Shown: positions 26,988-37,171, counted from the first letter of the stretch. The stretch: 64,000 bases of DNA from an uncultured Clostridia bacterium (GCA_944362965.1 CALVTR010000002.1:16145-80144); one strand, 5' to 3'. Translations and numbers: made by a program. Notes: generated by a model not told the origin, from the letters alone.

Positions 26988-27111
26988 CACTTTCCTCCGA
27001 AATAAAATTTATCTTTTTATAATCTTTAAAATAGCTTAAACCTTCGGGATTTTACGCTACTTTATCCGCCCTAAAAGGCAAATTTTATTCGCGGGGCTAG
27101 TGCAAACAAAA

Positions 27112-27133
27112 AACGCCTTAAATTTAAGACGTT
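27112..27133 (-). terminator. intrinsic terminator of the 27279-27947 gene
   Basis: AACGTCTT/AAGGCGTT stem (one G-U) followed by TTTTTTG on the minus strand. Confidence 0.55.
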
Positions 27134-27136
27134 TAT

Positions 27137-27165
27137 ATTTTATAAAATAACAGAGCGTTTGTCAA
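27137..27165 (-). promoter_or_regulatory. sigma-A-type promoter of rplM-rpsI (TTGACA-17-TAAAAT)
   Basis: -35 at 27160-27165, -10 at 27137-27142. The predicted start falls inside the 5' arm of the upstream terminator. Confidence 0.55.
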
Positions 27166-27278
27166 GTGTTTTTGCTAGATTTATATAATTTATTTTACAA
27201 AAATTCTAAAAGTAAATTGTTATAGGCTGACCTTATAAGTCGTCAATGAAACAAAACCTTTGAAAAATATGGAGATTA

Positions 27279-27947
27279 TTATGCTTGAGCTTCGACAAGT
27301 TCTTCTTCACTGCGGCGAGCAATCTCATTGTCAGCATAAAAGCCAACAAGATAATCTGTAAGTCTTGTGTAGTATTCAATCTTATCTGAGATTGCCTCTT
27401 GCGCCATTTTTGCACAAACTTCTCTTGCCTTCTCTTTATAAGCATCAATCGCCGCCCTATTGTTACCACATAATTTTGACGCTGTCATCTCAATAAACTC
27501 GGGCGTAAACTTTTCTTGAGCCATTTCAAAGTCAACCACGCTGTTGGTGTAGTTTGTTTTATCGTTGTCTATATTGACGCCACTGTTACGGCTATACTCA
27601 CCTACTTGTGCCTGCAACAAAACCGCCATATCCATAAGTGTTGTTAGCCCTTGTTTGTAGTCTGTTTCATTAAGTTTAATCTCGCTTGGAAGGCTGCCTA
27701 AATATTCTTTCATACAATCTTCATATGAACCTACATCAAAGTATTTTGCATACTTTGGTAATGATTTCATAACATTCTCGAAGAGTTCATTTCCCTGCTC
27801 TTCTGCTGCTCTCTTCCCTGCAAGCTTATTGGTGTTTTTTATGTAACTTTTTATTATTCCATTTGCTAGAGCAAGATACTCTTCTTTATCAATCTCTTCT
27901 TGGCATAAAAGTTTTTTAGTGATGTCGTCTATGTAGTTTATCTGCAT
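27279..27947 (-). CDS. hypothetical protein
   Basis: 222 aa, AAAGGAG SD, helical/acidic composition, no motif recognised. Confidence 0.6.
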   Translation of the reverse strand: MQINYIDDITKKLLCQEEIDKEEYLALANGIIKSYIKNTNKLAGKRAAEEQGNELFENVMKSLPKYAKYFDVGSYEDCMKEYLGSLPSEIKLNETDYKQGLTTLMDMAVLLQAQVGEYSRNSGVNIDNDKTNYTNSVVDFEMAQEKFTPEFIEMTASKLCGNNRAAIDAYKEKAREVCAKMAQEAISDKIEYYTRLTDYLVGFYADNEIARRSEEELVEAQA

Positions 27948-28086
27948 AATTTTCTCCTTTGATTATGATTTTATTATAGCAAGGAAATTTATAATATGCA
28001 AGCATTTTTGCATAATTATGCATAAAAATTTATGATTATGATATTTCCGTGTTTGAAAAATTTTTATAGTTTTTTCTAAAAAACCG

Positions 28087-28115
28087 TTGACTTTCTCTTT
28101 ATTATTATATATAAT
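28087..28115 (+). promoter_or_regulatory. sigma-A-type promoter (TTGACT-17-TATAAT) of the giant-protein operon
   Basis: -35 at 28087-28092, -10 at 28110-28115. Confidence 0.6.
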
Positions 28116-28199
28116 AAGTTTAGTTGATAAATAAACATTATAATATGCAAGTTTTAAGAAGCTAAAGTTATTTATCATTTATACAATTTAGGGGGTATT

Positions 28200-28409
28200 A
28201 TGGTAAACAGTTATGCTGTTGTTGCCATGCAGGACCTTTTAGTCAAAGGTCTGTCAGCCTTTACATTTGTCAATTTTGACCACTCCTTAAACCTACATGA
28301 AAATATTTCACACGGACAAGCCGTGAATACATATATAAAACTGAATATGTCAAAAGTAGACGAGTGTGCTGAGCCCTTAAGTAAGGGGTGCAGAGCATGG
28401 CTAAACTAA
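28200..28409 (+). CDS. small ORF (69 aa) at the head of the operon; coding status uncertain
   Basis: Strong AGGGGG SD 4 nt upstream. Overlaps the next start by 13 nt. No recognisable motif. Confidence 0.35.
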   Translation: MVNSYAVVAMQDLLVKGLSAFTFVNFDHSLNLHENISHGQAVNTYIKLNMSKVDECAEPLSKGCRAWLN

Positions 28410-29893
28410 GAGATAAAAAGATTAATTCTGCCACAGGCAGTGATGATAGAAAACTTAATAATGCAAACAATAATGGTGCGAGCGAGCATCAATCTTTTGT
28501 TGTAGATAACGTAGAGACAAAGTTAGAGCCTAGCAAAGAAGGGCTTTCTTTTTCTGTGTCTGAGACTAGTGAAAGTGATAGCAAAAACGTTTTAGATAAA
28601 AAATCGCAGGATATGGACGCTGCTACCCTTTCAAACAAAGGTGAAGAGCAAAAAAATAGCATTGAAAATGACGATGGGAGTGATGGCGGTGAAAAAGCTG
28701 CCAAAACTGATAGTCAAGAAGATAAAGACACATCGCTCGATGAAGATTATAAGAAGATTGCCGAGCTTATGGAAAATCATAGTCTTAGCACGCAGGCAAC
28801 AAGTTCTAACGTTTCATCTTATGAATATGACGATGAAGGCGTTGATATAAATACAGGTTTTGAGCAAACTGAAATCAAGAAGAGCAAAAAGGTTAAGGTC
28901 TCTAAAAAATCCTTAAAGACTGATGACGAAAAGAAGGCTAAGACAAAGAAAAATGTTAAGCCTAAGAAAGTTGTTAAGAAAAGTTTTAAGCAAAGGATGA
29001 GAACGCTTGGCATATTGCTGGTGCTTGGCGTGTTTACAGGAAGCGGACTTGGCGTGTGGTATTTCAACAGCGTGTTAAGGTCTAACGTAGACTACGGAAA
29101 ATATGATGTTTCCGATTATATTGTTTCCGCTGACGAAGTGCTTGAAGGTGTGTTTGGTATAAGCTCTGACCAAAGTAATTGGCTTGAAAGCATAAGAGCT
29201 TCAGAGCAATATAGAGATTATTCGCCGCTTGACCTTTCCCCTGCTCAGAACTTTATCTTAGCTGAGTTCAATGCTACTCTTGCCAACAACTTCCACGCTG
29301 AAGGCAATGGCGTTGTTTCAACTATTGCAACGCAGTCGGTTTACAGTGAAAAGAACTATGACGGAAATAGATACACCTTTGAAAGTATCAGTAAAGGGCT
29401 TATGAGCATTGCTATCTGCTCCGCTATGGATAAGGGAGCAAATTCGGTTGAGCTTTACTCGGGTTCTGACATTGAGCCTAATGATGCCGTTTGGGGCGAG
29501 CCTGAAATTTACTCTAGTGATGACTACATTGAGCTTGCCGGCTCTACGCCTGATGCAATTCAACCTTATATTATATCTGACAAGACTATTTTAAGTCAGA
29601 CCGAAGTTGTCTATGACGAAGCAACAGGCTACTACTCATTTACTATGGAACTTGACCCTGTGACTAGCGTGCTTAGATATGCAAGACAAGTTAGACAGAC
29701 AAGTGGACTTAGCTCTTACCCTGAATTTGACACGGTTACTCAAACCATCACCATTGATGGAGATTGGAACTTAGTTTCTATTGACGTTCATGAAACTTAT
29801 AGCGTGGTTGCCTTTGGTATACCCGCAAGCTGCACCGGCACTCTTCTGACTTACTACTACTTTAATGTAGACGACGTTGTTCTGCCTGTCTAA
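28397..29893 (+). CDS. bitopic membrane protein: low-complexity cytoplasmic N-terminus, one TM helix, about 270-aa extracytoplasmic domain
   Basis: Start at ATG with AAGGGG SD (the track starts at a GTG 9 nt earlier). S/D/E/K-rich first 200 aa, Lys-rich stretch, then TM helix LGILLVLGVFTGSGLGVWYF. Confidence 0.7.
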   Translation: MAKLRDKKINSATGSDDRKLNNANNNGASEHQSFVVDNVETKLEPSKEGLSFSVSETSESDSKNVLDKKSQDMDAATLSNKGEEQKNSIENDDGSDGGEKAAKTDSQEDKDTSLDEDYKKIAELMENHSLSTQATSSNVSSYEYDDEGVDINTGFEQTEIKKSKKVKVSKKSLKTDDEKKAKTKKNVKPKKVVKKSFKQRMRTLGILLVLGVFTGSGLGVWYFNSVLRSNVDYGKYDVSDYIVSADEVLEGVFGISSDQSNWLESIRASEQYRDYSPLDLSPAQNFILAEFNATLANNFHAEGNGVVSTIATQSVYSEKNYDGNRYTFESISKGLMSIAICSAMDKGANSVELYSGSDIEPNDAVWGEPEIYSSDDYIELAGSTPDAIQPYIISDKTILSQTEVVYDEATGYYSFTMELDPVTSVLRYARQVRQTSGLSSYPEFDTVTQTITIDGDWNLVSIDVHETYSVVAFGIPASCTGTLLTYYYFNVDDVVLPV

Positions 29894-29905
29894 AAGGAGC
29901 TTATT

Positions 29906-32900
29906 ATGAGAAAGATTTTTAAAATTCTGTCTTATTCACTTTTATATTTGATTATTTCAGTGGCATCAGCTTATGGTGTCATAACTATTTCAATGAATAA
30001 TTACACGAACGAGCAAAATTCAACTAGCTCTGGCGGCTCCACTGAAGAGACTGTTATAGCAGAAGAAATTTCCACAATGATAAGCAATATCACAAACTCT
30101 AGTGCTTTGGGGCTTGAACTTGAGATTGAAATAGGTGCTGATGGGCAAAACTTTGAGATTGGCGTCGACGGCGAAATCGACCTTTCTAATGGTTTTGAGA
30201 ACTTGGCAGTAAATGCTGATATAAATATTGCATTTAGTGAGAATAGCTCTTTTGATATCGGCGTTATATATAAGGATGGCAACCTATATTTTGAACTTTT
30301 GAACAATAAATTCTTTATAGCAACCGACAATTTGATGACTTCACTTAGTCAAGTGTTTGGACTTCTTGGTGTTGAGATGCCTGAGCTTGGCATTGATTTG
30401 GACTCGCTTAGCCTTGACAGCATTCTTGGTATGCTTTCTAACTTTGAAAAAGTGAATGGTGAAGACGGCTTGCTTGTGCTTCAAGTGGCTATTCCTGTTG
30501 TAAATCAAATTGACCTTATCTGCACAACCGACTATACACTAACCGGGCTTAGCCTTCCTAAGACTTCTATTGAAGGTATTGAACTTGCTGTAAACGGCAA
30601 TGTAAGTTACCCTGAGGAAGTTGTAATTGATAGTGTTGACAGTAGTGATTATATTGACCTTACTAATGTTATTGACCTTGCGTGCGGGCTTATTGACTTT
30701 ATCTCTCAAGACCAAATTGGGCTTGAATATAATGTAAGTTATAATGATTTGACGATTGCTGGCCGCATCGACGTTGATTTAAATAATATCTCAGCTAAAA
30801 TTACTCTTGCTCTTGGTGATTTAAATGCAAATATAATATATCAAAATGGCATGCTCTACCTTGAAGCTTACAATATCTATGCTAAGTTTGATATTGGGCA
30901 GATTGGAGATGTTTTGACATTGGCTCAAAAATACTTTGACGTTGAGTTGCCTAATGAGCTGATTGCTAGCATTGTGTCTGCTATTGAAAGTGGTGATTTT
31001 AGCGGAATACTTGACAGTGTTGAGCTGCCTGAAATTGACCTTTCTTCTATCGACCTTTCAATACTTGAAAGCATTGTGAAGAATGGTGACACAACTTCTA
31101 TTACAATCACTGATATTGGCAAAATTGACGTGACTTTAAGTGAAGGCAAAATAGCGTCTATTGGATTTGATGGTTTTGGCGCTATGGTTGATGTTAATGT
31201 TTCTAACTATAGCGGATTTACTCTAACTGCCCCTGCTGAAAGCTATATTGATATTGGATTGCTGCTTCCAACGCTTGATAACGTGCTTGCAATTCTTCAA
31301 AACAACACATTCTCTGGACAGATAAATATTGTCTATGGGGAATATCAATTTGACATTGATTACACTATTCACACGCGTGAAGAAAACAGCTTTATCACTC
31401 TTTCAACTAGTGTGTTTGGGCAAGATATTAAGGTAAATATATTAAATAATAAAGTTTACATTGAAATAAGTGAGACTAAGCTTATTTGTGACCTTAATAA
31501 CCTTGAAAATGTTATTGGTAAAGTGCTTGATGCATTTGGAATTGAATTTGATAGTTCTTCTATAACTAGTGGACTTAAGGACTTAATCAATAGCGAAATC
31601 AATCCACTTTTAATTACAGGTCTTGTTGAAAATGAAAATGGTGTAACTATTGTTTTACTTGATAAACTGGCAATAACTTTAACAAATGGCTCTAGCGAGC
31701 TTAAGATTGATGTAAACTATCAAGACTTGAAGGTTAGCGGCAATGTTATAGGAAGCATACAAGAACTTACAGCCCCAACCATTGATGAAAGTGAGTACTC
31801 ACCTATTGAAGATATCGTTGACAGTGTGATAAATGTATATAACTACGTTTTAGCTAAGACTTTCTATCTAAGTTTTGATGCAAGTTATCAAGATATTGCT
31901 ATAGTTGGTGCGTTAAACTATGATGAAAGCGGGCTTTCTCTTACTGCAACACTGAGCTATCAAAACTTAACTGCAAATGTTATGCTTTCTGAAAACAAAG
32001 TTTACATCACTGCAGAAAACATCAAGCTTGTGTTTGACTTAAATGACATTGATTATGTTAAATCCTTCTTAAATGACTACTTCGGTGTTGATGTTGAAGG
32101 CATGCTTGATGAAATTTTAGGCAAAGTTGGAATTAGTCTTGATAGTAGCAATGATTCTAGCAACTTAATTTCGGACATCTTAAGCGGAATTGACCTTGAG
32201 ACTATCATAAGCGGTGCAAGCTTTAATATCTCATCTGACACAATCACTCTTTCTGCTCTTGATGGACTTAATGTCAATATTGCTCTTGAAGAAAATATGA
32301 TTACAAGTATTTCTCTTAGCTACAATATTTCAAGTGAAGAACAAACTGCGATTTCAGCCAATGTTACAATTGAAAATTCAAAAAATGAATTTTCTATTGT
32401 AAATGAAAGTGAATATATTGATGTTATTGAACTTCTTGATATTGTAAAAGCTCTCATTGACTTTGCAAGTCAAGACCAAATGGCTGTAAATTATCAAGTT
32501 AACTACAATGATGTAGATGTAAATGGAAAAATTGACTTAAATGTTGCAGAGAAATCCGCAAAGATATCAATCAATATAAATGATTTAATGGCAAACATTA
32601 TCTATGAAAGCGGTTCGCTTTATCTTGAAGCTTACAACATCTATGCTAGGTTTGATATTGGGCAGATTGGAGACGTTTTGACCTTGGTTGAAAAATATTT
32701 TGATGTTACACTGCCTAATGAGTTGATTGCTAGCGTTGTATCTGCTATTGAAAGTGGCGATTTTAGTGGAATACTTGATAGCATTGAACTGCCTTCTATT
32801 GACCTTGGCTCTATTGACCTTTCAATACTTGAGAGCATTGTGAAGAATGGTGACACAACTTCTATTACAATCACTGATATTGGCAAGATTGACGTGACTT

Positions 32901-35900
32901 TAAATGAAGGCAAAATAGCGTCTATAGGTTTTGATGGTTTTGGCGCTGTGGTTGATGTTAATGTTTCTAACTATAGCGGATTTACTCTAACTGCCCCTGC
33001 TGAAAGCTATATTGATATTGGATTGCTGCTTCCAACGCTTGATAACGTGCTTGCAATTCTTCAAAACAACACATTCTCTGGACAGATAAATATTGTCTAT
33101 GGGGAATATCAATTTGACATTGATTACACTATTCACACGCGTGAAGAAAACAGCTTTATCACTCTTTCAACTAGTGTGTTTGGGCAAGATATTAAGGTAA
33201 ATATATTAAATAATAAAGTTTACATTGAAATAAGTGAGACTAAGCTTATTTGTGACCTTAATAACCTTGAAAATGTTATTGGTAAAGTGCTTGATGCATT
33301 TGGAATTGAATTTGATAGTTCTTCTATAACTAGTGGACTTAAGGACTTAATCAATAGCGAAATCAACCCACTTTTAATCACAAGCTTTGTTGAAAATGAA
33401 AATGGTTTGACTATAGTTTTACTTGATAAACTTACAATAACTCTCACAAATGGCTCTAGCGAGCTTAAGGTTGATGCAAGTTATCAAGACTTAAAGCTGA
33501 GTGCAAACGTTATTGGAAGTGAGCAAGAGCTTTCTGCTCCAGCCATTGTTGAAAGTGAATACACACCTATTGAAGATATTGTTGACAGTGTGATAAATGT
33601 TTATAACTACGTTTTAGCCAAGACTTTCTATCTAAGTTTTGATGCAAGCTATCAAGATATTGCTATAGTTGGTGCGTTAAATTATGATGAAAGTGGGCTC
33701 TCTCTTACTGCAACACTGAGCTATCAAAGCCTATCTGCAAATGTTATGCTTTATGAAAACAAAGTATATATCACAGCAGAAAATATCAAACTTGTGTTTG
33801 ACTTAAATGACCTTGAATATGTTAAGACATTCTTAAATGACTATTTCGGTGTTGATATTGAAGGCAAGCTTGATGAAATATTAGGCAAAGTTGGAATTAG
33901 TCTTGATAGTAGTGATAGTGGCAATATGATATCTGACATTTTAAGCGGACTTGACCTTGAGGCTATCATAAGTGGTGCAAGTTTCAATATCTCATCTGAT
34001 GCAATCACCCTTTCTGCTCTTGATGGACTTAACGTGAATATTTCCCTTACAGAAAACATGATTGACACAATTAGTGTTGAGTATATGCTTGTAAATGGAG
34101 AAAATAGCTCGCCTATCAGTGCAAATATTAAAGTTGAACAAATCGCAAGTATCTTTAACCCTGTTGGAGATTATACTGATATTACGACTATATTAGACTA
34201 CGTTGGACTGCTTTTAGATTATGTTAGCACAAAACAGATGCAATTTGGCATTGCGGCAAGTTATGGTGATATAAATGTTGAAGGTAAAATTCAACTTGAT
34301 TTAACTTCTCAACTTCTTATGAGTGCTAGTCTAAACTCAAATGACATCGACAACTTTGATATTTCTGCAAATATTGAAGACGGAATGCTCTACTTTGATT
34401 ATAGTGGGCTCTGCTTAAAGATTGATAACAACAACTTTAAAGAGCTTCTCGTTATTGTGCTTGAAGTTCTTGGAATTGATGCAAATAGCATACCTTTCCT
34501 TGAAGATATCGACCTTGACCTTGATTTCTCTCAAATTGAAACTGACATTGCTTCGCTTGAAATAAGCATTGACGACATAGTAAATATCTTGAAAATGGTG
34601 AAGAAAATTGACGTGACAGGAGACAGTCTTGATATTATTCTTGACGGAAAGGCAATCTATAACAATGAAAACGCAAGTGACCTTACAATCTCTCTTATTA
34701 AAGAAAATGGTGCTATTAAGTCTTTGACGCTTTCTAATATATATCTTGATGAAACGCTTGAAACAAAGATTGACGCTACCCTTACTTTTGAAACGCTAAG
34801 TGATTTTGCTTATGTTGATCAAACCAAAAATTATATTGATATTTCAGGCTCTAACGAGCTTATCAAGGCTCTTATCAATATGACAACTGATACTGACTTC
34901 CATGTTCAAGGTTCATTTGATATCTTGGGTTCGCTTGCTGGTATTGATATCTCTTGGAACGTTCCATTTGATATCAAAATCAACGTTGTGGGCAAAGGTG
35001 ACATTGAACTTTATGGCGTGGTTGGAGAAATCCCGACTATGATTGGCGTTAATAACGACGTGCCTTATGAGTTTGGTGATACTGAAAGTGGCTCTGACAG
35101 ATACCTATATATCTACTATAAGGATGGCTATATCTATCTTTATAGAAGTGAAAAAGTTGATATCATGTTTGGCGCTAGCTATAGAACTTATGAAAAGAGC
35201 ACAAAAATTTCAATAGACACCTTCCTTGCTGACCCTATGTATTATATTCAATACTGCTTTGGTTTTACTGACACTATTATGAATGCAATTATTGAGTCTA
35301 TGAACAATCCACGCACGGAGCCGATGGACTTTGGCAACATTATTAAGTCTTTCACTGTTCAAGATAATAAGAACTTCACGATTGACCTTAATATGCATGA
35401 GCTTACAAACAACCCTGACCTTGACAGTCTTATTGTTTCACTTGGAATTGAACAGACTGCTGAGGGAAAGAACTATGTTGGCAAACTGCAACTTAGTCTT
35501 TACATGCCACTTGCTGATATATTCACACTTACCCTATCAACGAGCGATGCTCAAATTGTTGACTATGGAACAGAAGTTGATATGAGCCCACTTTATGACT
35601 TTATTAATAACTATCAATACGCAAGCGAGACAGAGTGGGAAGCAAGCAATGGCAACTGGCAGATGTCTGGGGAAATACTCTATCAAATAAATTTTGAAAC
35701 AAATTGCGACGAGACGCTTGAGTCACAAAGTTATCATTATAAAGATAGTTTAGCTCTGCCAACACTTTCTGACTATGTTGTTGACGATGGGCTTACACAT
35801 AAGAGTTATCACTTTGCGGGTTGGTTTGAAGATGAAACTTTCTTGACACAATTTACAAGTGATACAATGCCTAGAAAAGATATGACCTTATATGCTAAGT

Positions 35901-36892
35901 GGGAAGTCGTAACACAAAACTACTATACAATAACCTTCGTTACTAATAGTGATGATAAAATTGATAGCATAACTAAACTTGAAGGCGAAAGTATAGATAT
36001 ACCTAGCCTTACAACTAAAGAAATTACTGAAAGTAACTTCACTTCTTACTATGAATTTGGTGGCTGGTTTACAACTGAAGATTTTGAAGAAGGGTCGCAA
36101 TTCAACTTAACCGCAATGCCTTCTCAAAATACCACCCTTTATGCTAAGTGGAACTTAATTAGAACTGAGTATACACGCTCAGTAAACGTCTATGATGGCG
36201 ATGAACTTTTGGCTACGCTGCGTGTTAAAGTTGGAGATACAATAGACTTCTCGTCTATAGAAAAGGTCAATGAGACAACTAAGTTCTATCTTGACAAGTC
36301 TTTCACAGCAGAGATGACCGACTTTACAATGCCTAACAATGACCTTGATATCTATATCAGAAATATGTATACACTGACCTTTACAAGTGATTATGGAAAC
36401 ACTGAAACTGTTATAGTGCATCTCTATCAAGGCGAGCAAATAGAAGTTCCTGTTCAAAGTAGTTATGTTTTTGATGACGGGCAAACCGCTAGAATAACAT
36501 ATACTTTCAATGGCTATAATAGCGATATAGTTATGCCAAATCATGATACAACCTATAGTGCAGATTGGACCGTTGATGAAAAACATTATTACACAGTTTC
36601 ATTTGACCTGAGATGGTATCTTGTTATGGGTTGCACAGCTGGTAGCAAGATGAAAAATTCGCCTTCTCCTATTGATTCATTCAAGGTTTTAGAGGGAACA
36701 ACTATTGACTTAACGCAGTATGCTCCAACCTGCACAGCATACTTGACTGCAATTCCAATAGACGCAAAGAACTTTAAAGCAACGTCTTGGGGAACAAGTG
36801 CATGGGGTGACTACACTTCTGGTGGAAGCGGTTTCACAACAATTACTATCACAGGTGACACAACCTTATATGCTTGCTGGGAAAGAGTTTAA
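29906..36892 (+). CDS. 2,328-aa N-terminally anchored surface protein: about nine ~190-aa modules plus five C-terminal Listeria-Bacteroides (Flg_new-type) repeats
   Basis: AAGGAG SD. Signal-anchor ILSYSLLYLIISVASAYGVITI. C-terminal repeats carry F.GWF...MP...LYAKW. Uninterrupted ORF. Confidence 0.85.
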   Translation: MRKIFKILSYSLLYLIISVASAYGVITISMNNYTNEQNSTSSGGSTEETVIAEEISTMISNITNSSALGLELEIEIGADGQNFEIGVDGEIDLSNGFENLAVNADINIAFSENSSFDIGVIYKDGNLYFELLNNKFFIATDNLMTSLSQVFGLLGVEMPELGIDLDSLSLDSILGMLSNFEKVNGEDGLLVLQVAIPVVNQIDLICTTDYTLTGLSLPKTSIEGIELAVNGNVSYPEEVVIDSVDSSDYIDLTNVIDLACGLIDFISQDQIGLEYNVSYNDLTIAGRIDVDLNNISAKITLALGDLNANIIYQNGMLYLEAYNIYAKFDIGQIGDVLTLAQKYFDVELPNELIASIVSAIESGDFSGILDSVELPEIDLSSIDLSILESIVKNGDTTSITITDIGKIDVTLSEGKIASIGFDGFGAMVDVNVSNYSGFTLTAPAESYIDIGLLLPTLDNVLAILQNNTFSGQINIVYGEYQFDIDYTIHTREENSFITLSTSVFGQDIKVNILNNKVYIEISETKLICDLNNLENVIGKVLDAFGIEFDSSSITSGLKDLINSEINPLLITGLVENENGVTIVLLDKLAITLTNGSSELKIDVNYQDLKVSGNVIGSIQELTAPTIDESEYSPIEDIVDSVINVYNYVLAKTFYLSFDASYQDIAIVGALNYDESGLSLTATLSYQNLTANVMLSENKVYITAENIKLVFDLNDIDYVKSFLNDYFGVDVEGMLDEILGKVGISLDSSNDSSNLISDILSGIDLETIISGASFNISSDTITLSALDGLNVNIALEENMITSISLSYNISSEEQTAISANVTIENSKNEFSIVNESEYIDVIELLDIVKALIDFASQDQMAVNYQVNYNDVDVNGKIDLNVAEKSAKISININDLMANIIYESGSLYLEAYNIYARFDIGQIGDVLTLVEKYFDVTLPNELIASVVSAIESGDFSGILDSIELPSIDLGSIDLSILESIVKNGDTTSITITDIGKIDVTLNEGKIASIGFDGFGAVVDVNVSNYSGFTLTAPAESYIDIGLLLPTLDNVLAILQNNTFSGQINIVYGEYQFDIDYTIHTREENSFITLSTSVFGQDIKVNILNNKVYIEISETKLICDLNNLENVIGKVLDAFGIEFDSSSITSGLKDLINSEINPLLITSFVENENGLTIVLLDKLTITLTNGSSELKVDASYQDLKLSANVIGSEQELSAPAIVESEYTPIEDIVDSVINVYNYVLAKTFYLSFDASYQDIAIVGALNYDESGLSLTATLSYQSLSANVMLYENKVYITAENIKLVFDLNDLEYVKTFLNDYFGVDIEGKLDEILGKVGISLDSSDSGNMISDILSGLDLEAIISGASFNISSDAITLSALDGLNVNISLTENMIDTISVEYMLVNGENSSPISANIKVEQIASIFNPVGDYTDITTILDYVGLLLDYVSTKQMQFGIAASYGDINVEGKIQLDLTSQLLMSASLNSNDIDNFDISANIEDGMLYFDYSGLCLKIDNNNFKELLVIVLEVLGIDANSIPFLEDIDLDLDFSQIETDIASLEISIDDIVNILKMVKKIDVTGDSLDIILDGKAIYNNENASDLTISLIKENGAIKSLTLSNIYLDETLETKIDATLTFETLSDFAYVDQTKNYIDISGSNELIKALINMTTDTDFHVQGSFDILGSLAGIDISWNVPFDIKINVVGKGDIELYGVVGEIPTMIGVNNDVPYEFGDTESGSDRYLYIYYKDGYIYLYRSEKVDIMFGASYRTYEKSTKISIDTFLADPMYYIQYCFGFTDTIMNAIIESMNNPRTEPMDFGNIIKSFTVQDNKNFTIDLNMHELTNNPDLDSLIVSLGIEQTAEGKNYVGKLQLSLYMPLADIFTLTLSTSDAQIVDYGTEVDMSPLYDFINNYQYASETEWEASNGNWQMSGEILYQINFETNCDETLESQSYHYKDSLALPTLSDYVVDDGLTHKSYHFAGWFEDETFLTQFTSDTMPRKDMTLYAKWEVVTQNYYTITFVTNSDDKIDSITKLEGESIDIPSLTTKEITESNFTSYYEFGGWFTTEDFEEGSQFNLTAMPSQNTTLYAKWNLIRTEYTRSVNVYDGDELLATLRVKVGDTIDFSSIEKVNETTKFYLDKSFTAEMTDFTMPNNDLDIYIRNMYTLTFTSDYGNTETVIVHLYQGEQIEVPVQSSYVFDDGQTARITYTFNGYNSDIVMPNHDTTYSADWTVDEKHYYTVSFDLRWYLVMGCTAGSKMKNSPSPIDSFKVLEGTTIDLTQYAPTCTAYLTAIPIDAKNFKATSWGTSAWGDYTSGGSGFTTITITGDTTLYACWERV
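30650..34171 (+). repeat. two tandem in-frame repeats of 1,764 and 1,758 bp inside the giant gene
   Basis: Units 30650-32413 and 32414-34171 (aa 249-836 and 837-1422). 31185-31602 is identical to 32949-33366 (418 bp) by direct comparison. Confidence 0.9.
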
Positions 36893-36906
36893 TTAATTTA
36901 AATAAC

Positions 36907-36942
36907 AAAAAAATAACAGAGAATTATCTCTGTTATTTTTTT
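36907..36942. terminator. bidirectional intrinsic terminator
   Basis: AAATAACAGAG/CTCTGTTATTT stem with A- and T-runs, between the giant gene and minE. Confidence 0.8.
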
Positions 36943-37171
36943 AAAATGGTATGTAGCCATAGGGTTTTATGCGTTCGGCAGAGAACTCTATGAAAAATAT
37001 GTTCTTGTTTTTGTCTTTCTTAAACCGCACTTTTAGGTCGCTATTTAATTCTATATAGCTTTCAATAAGCGGTTTAAGCTCATCTTGCAGCACTTCGCAT
37101 ATGTGCTGCGGGTCTGGCATTTTATCATTTTTTAAGATATTATCTATTCTTTTTGCTATTCTATATTCCAT
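36941..37171 (-). CDS. minE: cell division topological specificity factor MinE-like
   Basis: 76 aa. C-terminal pattern LKPLIESYIELNSDLKVRFKKDKNKNIFFIEFSAE parallels the MinE topological domain. Downstream of minD. AAAGGAG SD. Confidence 0.6.
   Translation of the reverse strand: MEYRIAKRIDNILKNDKMPDPQHICEVLQDELKPLIESYIELNSDLKVRFKKDKNKNIFFIEFSAERIKPYGYIPF

Noticed and set aside
26988-27111. The ~140-nt rplM 5' UTR might be the L13 ribosomal-protein leader. The hairpin plus T-run at 27112-27133 might be an attenuator.
   Set aside because: I cannot reproduce the leader consensus from memory. The predicted transcription start falls inside the 5' arm of the hairpin, so the hairpin is better explained as the terminator of the upstream gene.
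27963-28178. 71-aa minus-strand ORF in the spacer upstream of the giant-protein operon.
   Set aside because: No SD, an AT-rich low-complexity translation, and overlap with the predicted promoter and palindromes.
30650-34171. Checked whether the near-identical repeats in the giant gene could be a diversity-generating retroelement template/variable repeat pair.
   Set aside because: Differences between the units are not adenine-specific (T>A, A>T, A>G and C>T are all seen). The repeats are 1.76 kb and in-frame. No reverse transcriptase gene is present in the window.
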